This document shows, one piece after another, positions 1-7,346 of a stretch of DNA of 64,000 nt. How positions within the stretch are numbered: the stretch's first letter is position 1; every line of letters begins with the position of its first letter. The DNA is from a virus (lineage: Duplodnaviria > Caudoviricetes), in the IMG/VR virus record IMGVR_UViG_3300017754_001906, positions 1,366 through 65,365 of that record. One strand, 5' to 3'. The position numbers were made by a program, and so were the translations under genes. The notes under the pieces are model-generated. The model worked only from the letters and a program-made list of their open reading frames with translations. It was not told the origin of the DNA and did not search any database.

Positions 1-1
1 G

Positions 2-115
2 CTGCAAGCGTGTGAAATGGCATTGCAAGACATGATTAGATGGAAAATTTTCGGACCAGGAAGAAATGCTGTTGAATCGGCAATCAAGAAAGCAAAAGGT
101 AACGGGGATGAGTAA
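2..115 (+). CDS. 3' end of a hypothetical phage protein (partial, runs off the window)
   Basis: Frame-2 stretch LQACEMALQ...AVESAIKKAKGNGDE* is open from the window edge; its stop overlaps the next start (ATG 108). Confidence 0.55.
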   Translation: MQACEMALQDMIRWKIFGPGRNAVESAIKKAKGNGDE

Positions 116-503
116 TGAACAAATCGAAGGCGTGCCATATGGTTGGCGATTGGTGCGGATTGGATATCCGAAAGCTGGAGAGTGGTTTATGGATGAGGAC
201 GATGGTAGACCGGGTGTGTCCTCTAATGATTGGAATAGAGGTGTTCGCGTAATCATCAAACGCATCGAGCAAGAAAAGCAGTATCGACAATTCGCCAACG
301 CAGCGGAGTTCGAGCCGCATCGGGATCGGTGGGTGGAATACACGTCGCCAAATTACGGTGACTGTTCCATGTATCTCGTGTCTGCATACACATCTGAACG
401 GGTTTGGTTGGGACCAGATAATGTTGGCAAAACATATAAAGAGGCGTTTCATTGTTTGCGGTTTGACGACGGTTCACCATTTGGCGTGGAAGTGACAGAA
501 TGA
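108..503 (+). CDS. hypothetical protein
   Basis: ORF 66..503; ATG 108 follows GGGG and overlaps the upstream stop; ATGA-coupled to the next gene. Confidence 0.7.
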   Translation: MSNEQIEGVPYGWRLVRIGYPKAGEWFMDEDDGRPGVSSNDWNRGVRVIIKRIEQEKQYRQFANAAEFEPHRDRWVEYTSPNYGDCSMYLVSAYTSERVWLGPDNVGKTYKEAFHCLRFDDGSPFGVEVTE

Positions 504-724
504 GCGAGGAAGTCACCAAACAGCGAGCGGAACGCTGCGTCACGCATAGCTACGCATGCGATTGCCGAGAGTATCGCTCGCAACAGATTAAGCGAGCGGC
601 AATTGATTTAGTAAAGCGACTCTATTATTCGGACGAGCGTATTTTTTACGACTGGTCAGAGGTTTCTGAAGTCATGGATGCAGTTGGCGTAACTGTCGAT
701 GATTTAGCGGAGGTTACGGAATGA
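500..724 (+). CDS. hypothetical protein
   Basis: 74-aa ORF with ATGA overlaps at both ends (500-503, 721-724). Confidence 0.7.
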   Translation: MSEEVTKQRAERCVTHSYACDCREYRSQQIKRAAIDLVKRLYYSDERIFYDWSEVSEVMDAVGVTVDDLAEVTE

Positions 725-1284
725 GCAGAACAGAACTTTTTGTTAACGCCTACTATGAAGCTGCATTGATAGAGAAAATGGGAGATCTACTAGACGGGTT
801 TGGGTTTGACTCGAGCAACTCAACGCTTGTTGGTGTATCTTCCGATTACTCTGCGATAGCGTGGCAGATACTTCGCCATAGGCTTAGTTTTGATGGCGAG
901 GTATGCAGTGGATTCTGTGTTGACGTTCCGTACCCTGACGAGCAATGGACTGGCGACACGTCGGAAGCGATACTGCGTGCATTTCGGTCAGGCGACCTGA
1001 AGAAAACCATTATTTTCGTTGAAGCTGGCGTCATTCGTGGATCAAACTATATTGCCCTGTGCGATCTTCTCGCAAACCACAAAGAGTTTGAAAAGCACGA
1101 AATTCGAGCCTCCACGTTGTTTGAAAACATCGGATCAAAATTTAAGTCGGAGTTTGTCTGCGAATACTACGACGACGAGAAGTACGATTTGACCTTTTGG
1201 TGGGAGAGGTTTAACAGACATTGGCGTAATTCAGCCAGTGCGTCTGGCAGGTCTTACTTTGTCGCCGGGAGAAGCTACACATAA
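721..1284 (+). CDS. type I phosphoribosyltransferase-like protein
   Basis: PRPP-loop-like IIFVEAGVIRGSN (cf. vLlVDDvidTG) and C-terminal YYDDEKYDLTFWWE, resembling the F-P/W-W-E ending of HPRT/XPRT-like proteins. Confidence 0.6.
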   Translation: MSRTELFVNAYYEAALIEKMGDLLDGFGFDSSNSTLVGVSSDYSAIAWQILRHRLSFDGEVCSGFCVDVPYPDEQWTGDTSEAILRAFRSGDLKKTIIFVEAGVIRGSNYIALCDLLANHKEFEKHEIRASTLFENIGSKFKSEFVCEYYDDEKYDLTFWWERFNRHWRNSASASGRSYFVAGRSYT

Positions 1285-1371
1285 TGAGCTTATTCGAGTT
1301 CCGTTACATGGTGGAATCCGCCATCCCTTGGTGGGTTCCGTTCGCGGTGGCTGGCGGGCTACTGATTTCTT

Positions 1372-1620
1372 ATGCAAGCTGGAGGCAAGATGGAAGGCGA
1401 TAGCAGCAGTGATAGTGTGCAATTGAGCCCAAAAGGATTTTTTTGCGGTTTGCTTTCAGTGCATTTTGCCATTGGCGATGAGGAAGCAAACGAGGCTTGG
1501 CATCTGCTGGAAGCGTTCTGCGTTAAACGTCTTCAGCAGAATGATCCAGAAGCTACATACCCATGTTTGGTGTTTGATGGAGAAGGCGGAGACATCATCG
1601 GTGCAGAAAGGATTGAGTAG
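1372..1620 (+). CDS. hypothetical protein
   Basis: 82-aa ORF in the same-strand gene run, abutting the next start. Confidence 0.55.
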   Translation: MQAGGKMEGDSSSDSVQLSPKGFFCGLLSVHFAIGDEEANEAWHLLEAFCVKRLQQNDPEATYPCLVFDGEGGDIIGAERIE

Positions 1621-1946
1621 TGTACGAGTATTCATGTTCAATCATTAAGGTCGTTGACGGCGACACAGTGGACGCGCAGGTTGATCTAGGCTTTGACGTT
1701 TCGATTAAGCTGCGGTTCAGGCTGGCAGGGATCAACGCTCCAGAGATGAACACAGAGGAAGGGAAGTCCGCTAGGCTTCGTTTGGTCGAGCTTTTGCCTC
1801 CATCTGCGTTCTGCCACGTAAGAACGCTCAAGGACAAACAAGAGAAATACGGGCGATACTTGGCTGACTTTAGAAAGTCGGGATCCGATCAGTGGGTTTG
1901 CGAAACCCTCGTTAAAGAGGGGTATGCGGTCCGCAAGGATTACTAA
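1620..1946 (+). CDS. thermonuclease (SNase-like) family nuclease
   Basis: Motifs KVVDGDTV, RFRLAGINAPE, DKQEKYGRYLA, LVKEGYA. Confidence 0.9.
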   Translation: MYEYSCSIIKVVDGDTVDAQVDLGFDVSIKLRFRLAGINAPEMNTEEGKSARLRLVELLPPSAFCHVRTLKDKQEKYGRYLADFRKSGSDQWVCETLVKEGYAVRKDY

Positions 1947-2018
1947 AAATCTTCAATCTGGTAAGCTGCTCTAAACCTGGGTCGTTAAAACGCAGTAATT
2001 CAGCAGCAGGGGGCAATT

Positions 2019-2261
2019 ATGCCAGCGGTGATGACTATCAAACAAATTGCCTATCAAGCGTTTATGGATAGCAGGACGGATCGCGAGCTGTTTTCAACGC
2101 TTGTGCGTGCTGACGTTCGTGAGCTCGGCTACGACAAGGCAATAATTTCGCTGGTAAACAGGTTGGCATTGATACTTTTCGATCATTGGACGAAGAATGG
2201 AGTGAAGGCAGAGGGCTTTCCTCAGGAGTTCATGGACATCTACAAAGAGGCTAGCGATTAA
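2019..2261 (+). CDS. hypothetical protein
   Basis: 80-aa ORF with RBS-like AGGGGG upstream. Confidence 0.6.
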   Translation: MPAVMTIKQIAYQAFMDSRTDRELFSTLVRADVRELGYDKAIISLVNRLALILFDHWTKNGVKAEGFPQEFMDIYKEASD

Positions 2262-2263
2262 AG

Positions 2264-2575
2264 ATGATTACCGAAGACATGCTTGCCGACTGGCACAGAG
2301 AGCAGGCAAAAAAATGCAGGAAATCGACAAATTGGCGGCTAGGACTAGAGGGTGAGGACTCAACGCTAGCTAAATTCCATCTCGACGCCGCAAAACTGGT
2401 CGATCGGTTTTCGGAGAAGCAGCAACAAGCTAGGCTCGCCGAGACTGAGCGGGATGTCAAGATTAGGGCTGCAGAGTCGCTGGAACACTTAGCCAAAGCC
2501 GTAGTGACAGAATCCAAAAATTTACGTCACATGCTCCTGGAAAACGTCGTTGACGACATCAAGTCGCCAGTGTAG
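2264..2575 (+). CDS. hypothetical protein
   Basis: 103-aa helical ORF starting 2 nt after the previous stop. Confidence 0.6.
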   Translation: MITEDMLADWHREQAKKCRKSTNWRLGLEGEDSTLAKFHLDAAKLVDRFSEKQQQARLAETERDVKIRAAESLEHLAKAVVTESKNLRHMLLENVVDDIKSPV

Positions 2576-3052
2576 CATTTGACATGCCGAGTGGCTTCGG
2601 CTGACAGAGTTTCGCATTGACTTCTGCTTCGTCTTTGTAGATTAACGCACAAAGGTGACGATGCTCTCTGTCGCACCAGCTCCCCCTCTAAGCCACATCA
2701 GGGGGGGGAGCACGCATATAGCACGAGTCTAATGCCGGGCAACCGGCGCTTGTGCGTGCAATCGTTTGAGCAAGTTGCCCGATCTGTGGAAGACCGCCAA
2801 AGTGCATGGGATTGAGTCGGCAAAGCGCCCTGCGGCGTGGAGAGGCTCTTAACCTCAAGGGTCGTACAGGAGCAGCAGGCTGACGGTGAGTGGACGCTGG
2901 GAGAGGGAACGGCGATAAAGCAGTGCAGGCTGCTCGCCTCTTAACTCTCCCGAATACGCTCGCTGGTCAGTATTACGGGAAAAACCCGTAATTTCCGGCA
3001 ACGAGCGAGATTGCTTACAGTATATGAGCCTGGGGTGCGCCTATTACGTGCG

Positions 3053-3643
3053 TTACTCCGATCGCTGCAAGTAACGTATCACCGTTCGTGTACTAACTCC
3101 CATGATCTTGGCAATTTCAGCGTTCTCTAAGCCTTTGCTGCGCAGCTTAATGGCACGATCAGGTTTCACTCCAGCTTTTACGGCGCCTGGAAGCCTTCCT
3201 CGATAGGCTCCTCTTTCCTTCGCAACTGCGATTCCAGCTGCTTGCCTCTCCTTGATGTTCTGCTTCTCCCACTTCGCCATCGCAAACATGATAGCTGCGA
3301 TCAACTCGCCTATGACGCCTGAGAAGTCGAACTGTTGCGAGGTGCATACGAGGCGAACCTTCTTCTCGCCCCAATCGGCAAGCACTTTAACTCCGTCAGA
3401 CATCGACCTCGATAAACGATCGAGCTTGTAGATCACCACGGTTTTGATAGCACCGTTGAAAATGTCCTTCTGCATCTGCTCGAAGGCTGGTCTCTTGAGA
3501 TCCGATCCATTCGCCTTGTCGATGTACCAGGTGACGCTACTCGGCTTGATACCGTTTCCAGTGAGCCACTTCAAAATCTCTCGCTTCTGGCTAGCCTCAT
3601 TCTGACAATCCGTACTAACTCGAACATACGCTGCTACTGACAT
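3053..3643 (-). CDS. serine recombinase, resolvase/invertase family with C-terminal HTH
   Basis: AAYVRVST (catalytic Ser), VVIYKLDRLSRS, KERQAAGIAVAKERG and HTH AEIAKIMGVSTRTVIRYL; ATG 3643 with AGGAG RBS. Confidence 0.93.
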   Translation of the reverse strand: MSVAAYVRVSTDCQNEASQKREILKWLTGNGIKPSSVTWYIDKANGSDLKRPAFEQMQKDIFNGAIKTVVIYKLDRLSRSMSDGVKVLADWGEKKVRLVCTSQQFDFSGVIGELIAAIMFAMAKWEKQNIKERQAAGIAVAKERGAYRGRLPGAVKAGVKPDRAIKLRSKGLENAEIAKIMGVSTRTVIRYLQRSE

Positions 3644-3687
3644 CGCAAATCTCCTCGCGATAAAAACAATGAACAAACAACAATCGA

Positions 3688-3716
3688 ATGCTACGCTCCG
3701 CAAAAAGTGGTGTCAA
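3688..3716 (-). promoter_or_regulatory. sigma70-type promoter of the resolvase gene
   Basis: Minus strand TTGACA-17 bp-TAGCAT, about 45 bp upstream of ATG 3643. Confidence 0.65.
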
Positions 3717-3744
3717 GTAGGGTGGTAAGCTAAATGTCGCTGAT

Positions 3745-3773
3745 TTGCTGGATTGGGGGAATGCTGGTAAACT
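3745..3773 (+). promoter_or_regulatory. sigma70-type promoter, divergent from the resolvase promoter
   Basis: TTGCTG-17 bp-TAAACT with extended -10 TGn, upstream of ORF 3812. Confidence 0.5.
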
Positions 3774-3811
3774 GGTGATATTGATGTTCCTAACTCGAAG
3801 GTGAACTGTTA

Positions 3812-4108
3812 ATGCGGCGCGTTGAGGTTGTTAAGGGTCAAGAATACGGCTCGTTGTCAGTAATCGAGGAGTTATCCTCTACCGGAAAGCGAAAGTTTCG
3901 CTGCGAATGCTCATGCGGAACGGTAGTCGATGTCAGGCTAGATCACATGAGGAGCGGTCACACGGTGTCGTGCGGCAGGTGCGGAATTGAGCACGCTGGA
4001 AAGAAAATGACGATCAAGGCGTGGGCTGACAAGCATGGAATCAAGGAGTCAACGCTGAGAGCAAGGTTAAAAATCATGGACATGAAGGAAGCTCTTGAGC
4101 GCAAGTAG
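3812..4108 (+). CDS. small Zn-binding/HTH DNA-binding protein related to phage HNH endonucleases but lacking the nuclease core
   Basis: N-terminal GQEYGSLSVI...FRCECSCG...MRSGHTVSCG and C-terminal MTIKAWADKHGIKESTLRARL align by eye with the two ends of the HNH at 5113-5751; no DRIDN...NCRW core. Confidence 0.7.
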   Translation: MRRVEVVKGQEYGSLSVIEELSSTGKRKFRCECSCGTVVDVRLDHMRSGHTVSCGRCGIEHAGKKMTIKAWADKHGIKESTLRARLKIMDMKEALERK

Positions 4109-4118
4109 TCTTGGTTTG

Positions 4119-4148
4119 TTGACACATGTCAACGCTGTGGGGTATAGT
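4119..4148 (+). promoter_or_regulatory. sigma70-type promoter upstream of terminase; -35 lies within a palindrome
   Basis: TTGACA-18 bp-TATAGT; GTTGACA-CA-TGTCAAC inverted repeat at 4118-4133. Confidence 0.55.
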
Positions 4149-4229
4149 TTGGGTGCTCTTCATGAGCAAATCTCCAGGGACTGCGCAGGGTAATAGCTGC
4201 GTGGTCTTTTTTTATGGAATGGTAGCTGG

Positions 4230-7037
4230 ATGGCATCGACTTTTTACGACCTCGCCCCCAAAGACATCATTGAGAACCTCAAGTGGAGGATTCGTTGCCG
4301 CGAAAGAGCGTTGGTGGACGAAAGATTCAGAAACGCCCTGATTCAGGCGTGCGAAACCGATGTGCTGTTCTTCTTTGCGTTTGCGTTGTGGGTGCATGAG
4401 CCTCGAGCAAAGATCAAGATGAGACCGTTTATCCCGTGGAAACACCAGGAAGCGGTGATTCTTGCGATGGACGATGCGATAACAGAGGCAATGGAGAAAG
4501 AGCACCCAGTTTCGGTGACGGTGAAGAAAAGCAGAGCGCAGGGAGGCACGTACACATACCTCGGTGTGCAAATACGTAGGGCTTTGACGGAAAAAGGCTT
4601 CTCCTCTGGACTTGTTACCCGTAACGAAAAGATGATGGACTCCAAGGACCCGTCTGCGGTTATGAACAAGTTGTCAATGATGCTCGATAAGCTGCCGCTC
4701 TGGATGCTAGATGGTTACGATAGGAATATCACCGACCATACGATCCGCATTCCAGAGACAAACTCCGTATGGATTGGGTTTTCCGCTACGGCTGACGTTG
4801 CTCGGGGCGGCAGAACTACGCTTTTCGCATTCGATGAAGTGGGGTCAGAAGAGTTCATCTCTGGCGGAATTGACTACAAGATCATGAGTTCGGTCGCCCA
4901 TGTTACAAATTGTTGCGCGAAGGGGTCAATGGTTGTTACTGATAGAGGGTTGGTTGCAATCGAGGACGTAAACTTGACCGATAGAGTTTGGGATGGTACA
5001 ACATGGATACATCACAGCGGATGTGTGTATCAGGGCCGAAGGGATGTTATTTCGACGTATGGCGTTGGCCTTACCCCTGATCATAAAGTATTCACAGTTG
5101 AAGGGTGGAGAGATGCCAGCGAAGGATTTGACAGGGCAGAAATTCGGCTACCTGACGGTTATCGAGAGGAATGGATCAACTCGACACAATGCTGCAAAAT
5201 GGAAATGCCAGTGCGAATGCGGCAAGGACGTGGACGTGATAGCTGGGGATTTGAGATCTGGGAACACGAAGAGTTGCGGGTGTCGCCACAGGGAGATGTC
5301 GGCAAAGCAGTTCTTCAAGCACGGAAAGTCTCGGACTCCAGAGTATGTCTCGTGGAGGAGTATGGTGTCACGATGCACAGATCCTCGCCACGAAGCGTAC
5401 CATCGTTACGCAGGGAGAGGGGTTACTGTTTGCGATCAATGGATGGATTTCGAGGTGTTTCTTGCGGATATGGGCTTGAAGCAGGAAGGCTTGGAGTTGG
5501 ACAGGATAGACAACAGCAAGGGTTATTATCCTGGGAACTGTCGATGGGTGACGCGACAGGAGAATTGCAACAACAGGAGGAGCAATCGCTTTATGGAAAC
5601 GTCTCGAGGCGCGATGACCGTTGCGGAGATTTCAAGAGAAGCTGGTGTGACTATGGAAGCGATCCTAGGTCGCATCAAGAGGGGTGTTCAAGGGGACGAT
5701 TTACTGAAGCCACGATCGGGCCAGGGCGGATTGCCGTCTACGACCTTCTGAATTGCGGTCCAAAGCGGGCGTTCACTGTCATTGATGACGATGGGCGTCC
5801 GCTTCTTGTCCATAACTGCGTGTTCCTTTGCTCGACCTTCGGCGCCGACACAGGCGTTTTCTACGAATCCGCAATGGATCCAGACAATCCGAGGGTATTT
5901 CCGCTCGATTGGAAAGACAACCCAGAGCATGCAGCTCTCGCTTACGTCAAGCAGGACGGAGTGGTAAAAGCCGTAAATCCAGAAGAGCAGGATGCGGTTG
6001 ATAATTACATTGCAACGCACGAAAGAGAACTGCGAGCCATCGAGCGAAAAGGGCATAAGATCGAAGGCAAGATTCGATCGCCTTGGTACGACTCACACTG
6101 CCTAATCCCTGGTGCGACTCCGCGATACATAGCCAGAGAGCTTGATATGGACGCCAGAGGCTCGGCTGGAAAGGTGTTTGCAGCGGATCTTCTTGATCGC
6201 ATGAAGCGAGAAAACGCTAAAAAGCCTGTCTGGAGAGGCGTTCCTGTATTCGACAATGAGACTCTTGAGCTGAAAGGTTTAATACCTAGAGAGGATGGAC
6301 CGCTGTCCTTGTGGTTCAAGCCTGGGATAGACAACAGTCCTCCTCTTGGTCCGTTTACGATTGCCTGTGACATCGCCTCAGGAGGGGTCGGTGCTTATTC
6401 GTCCAATTCCGTAGCGTCCGGTATCGATAATAGAACCGGTGAGCAGGTATTGGAGTACACGATCAAAGGGTTAGAACCTCGACCGTTTGCCAGGATGGTA
6501 GTTGGATTGTGTCTGTGGATGCGAAAAGCATTGCTAGGGTGGGAGGATTCCGGGGTTTCAGGAGGGTTTGCTAAAGAGGTCGTCGAGGTATGCTATTACG
6601 GAAACGTCTTTTATCGCGACGTGATGCAGCTCGGATCTCAGAAAAAGAGCCGAAAGGCGGGATTTCCATGCCGAGATGCCGACAAGGCTGACATGTTCGA
6701 GCAGTTCGCCCTAGCGATGGAGCAAAAACGTTACATCCCGCGATCCGAAGAAATGATCGTAGAATGCGGGGAATATGAGTGGGACGGGGCAAAAATCATT
6801 CACGCTCCTACTAAGAATAAGGGTGCCACAGAGAAGAATCACGGTGACAGAGCGATATCAGCTGCAGGCGCATGGCTAGTGTTCGCTACAGACAACGCAG
6901 ACACTAAAGTTGACAGCGATATAGAAACAGGTCAGAATCCTGAATATGGAAGCTTTTTATGGAGAGAGCGACAGGAGCGTAAGTTCAATAGTTCTGAGAG
7001 CCCAAGCTACGGAATTAGGGACGTTCTGCGAAAATAG
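4230..7037 (+). CDS. terL: terminase large subunit, intein-containing (935-aa precursor, about 633 aa spliced)
   Basis: Walker A VKKSRAQGGT, Walker B FAFDEVG, coupling motif restored after splicing (VTN|CVFLCST), RNase H-like nuclease TIACDIASG...HGDRAIS; upstream of portal. Confidence 0.93.
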   Translation: MASTFYDLAPKDIIENLKWRIRCRERALVDERFRNALIQACETDVLFFFAFALWVHEPRAKIKMRPFIPWKHQEAVILAMDDAITEAMEKEHPVSVTVKKSRAQGGTYTYLGVQIRRALTEKGFSSGLVTRNEKMMDSKDPSAVMNKLSMMLDKLPLWMLDGYDRNITDHTIRIPETNSVWIGFSATADVARGGRTTLFAFDEVGSEEFISGGIDYKIMSSVAHVTNCCAKGSMVVTDRGLVAIEDVNLTDRVWDGTTWIHHSGCVYQGRRDVISTYGVGLTPDHKVFTVEGWRDASEGFDRAEIRLPDGYREEWINSTQCCKMEMPVRMRQGRGRDSWGFEIWEHEELRVSPQGDVGKAVLQARKVSDSRVCLVEEYGVTMHRSSPRSVPSLRRERGYCLRSMDGFRGVSCGYGLEAGRLGVGQDRQQQGLLSWELSMGDATGELQQQEEQSLYGNVSRRDDRCGDFKRSWCDYGSDPRSHQEGCSRGRFTEATIGPGRIAVYDLLNCGPKRAFTVIDDDGRPLLVHNCVFLCSTFGADTGVFYESAMDPDNPRVFPLDWKDNPEHAALAYVKQDGVVKAVNPEEQDAVDNYIATHERELRAIERKGHKIEGKIRSPWYDSHCLIPGATPRYIARELDMDARGSAGKVFAADLLDRMKRENAKKPVWRGVPVFDNETLELKGLIPREDGPLSLWFKPGIDNSPPLGPFTIACDIASGGVGAYSSNSVASGIDNRTGEQVLEYTIKGLEPRPFARMVVGLCLWMRKALLGWEDSGVSGGFAKEVVEVCYYGNVFYRDVMQLGSQKKSRKAGFPCRDADKADMFEQFALAMEQKRYIPRSEEMIVECGEYEWDGAKIIHAPTKNKGATEKNHGDRAISAAGAWLVFATDNADTKVDSDIETGQNPEYGSFLWRERQERKFNSSESPSYGIRDVLRK
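4911..5816 (+). mobile_element. intein (302 aa) in TerL
   Basis: C1 in CCAKGSMVVTDRGLVAIEDV (block A), LTPDHKVFT (block B TxxH), AVYDL (block F), LLVHN/C (block G His-Asn, +1 Cys). Confidence 0.92.
5113..5751 (+). CDS. HNH homing endonuclease encoded in the +1 frame inside the intein
   Basis: MPAKDLTGQKFGYLTV...WKCQCECG...LRSGNTKSCGC, EYVSWRSMVSRC, LDRIDNSKGYYPGNCRWVTRQENCNNRR, C-terminal HTH; own ATG (5113) and TGA (5749-5751). Confidence 0.9.
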   Translation: MPAKDLTGQKFGYLTVIERNGSTRHNAAKWKCQCECGKDVDVIAGDLRSGNTKSCGCRHREMSAKQFFKHGKSRTPEYVSWRSMVSRCTDPRHEAYHRYAGRGVTVCDQWMDFEVFLADMGLKQEGLELDRIDNSKGYYPGNCRWVTRQENCNNRRSNRFMETSRGAMTVAEISREAGVTMEAILGRIKRGVQGDDLLKPRSGQGGLPSTTF

Positions 7038-7069
7038 TCAATCGAAGGTTAGAACCTGGAGGATGCAAG

Positions 7070-7264
7070 ATGTTTGAAGAGTTGATCGAGAAGTGCGAAA
7101 AATCAATGGCAAAGTGTTTTGATCATGTGTCAGCGCACCCTGATTCGCAAAAGGGGCTGCATTACTCACAGGCGGCATTGAATTTGACGCACGCAAGGGT
7201 TAACCTTGAGGCAATGAAGTCTAGCACGGCTCCAAAAGCATCTTCTGCAAAGAAGACTGATTAG
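7070..7264 (+). CDS. hypothetical protein
   Basis: 64-aa ORF with GGAGG RBS between terminase and portal. Confidence 0.65.
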   Translation: MFEELIEKCEKSMAKCFDHVSAHPDSQKGLHYSQAALNLTHARVNLEAMKSSTAPKASSAKKTD

Positions 7265-7346
7265 CGAAAAATCGTTGGATTACTAGGCTGGAGTTAGAAC
7301 CCAGTCGAAATTGATCGGAAAATATCCGTTTTTATTTCGGCTGTGG

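Noticed and set aside
2617-2643. Promoter TTGACT...TAGATT in the non-coding interval
   Set aside because: The spacer is only 15 bp, too weak to call.
5113-5751. Sequencing frameshifts as the cause of the out-of-frame HNH
   Set aside because: Both frames are open over the whole interval and the HNH has its own start and stop; paired indel errors would not normally leave two complete open frames. A read check is still advisable.
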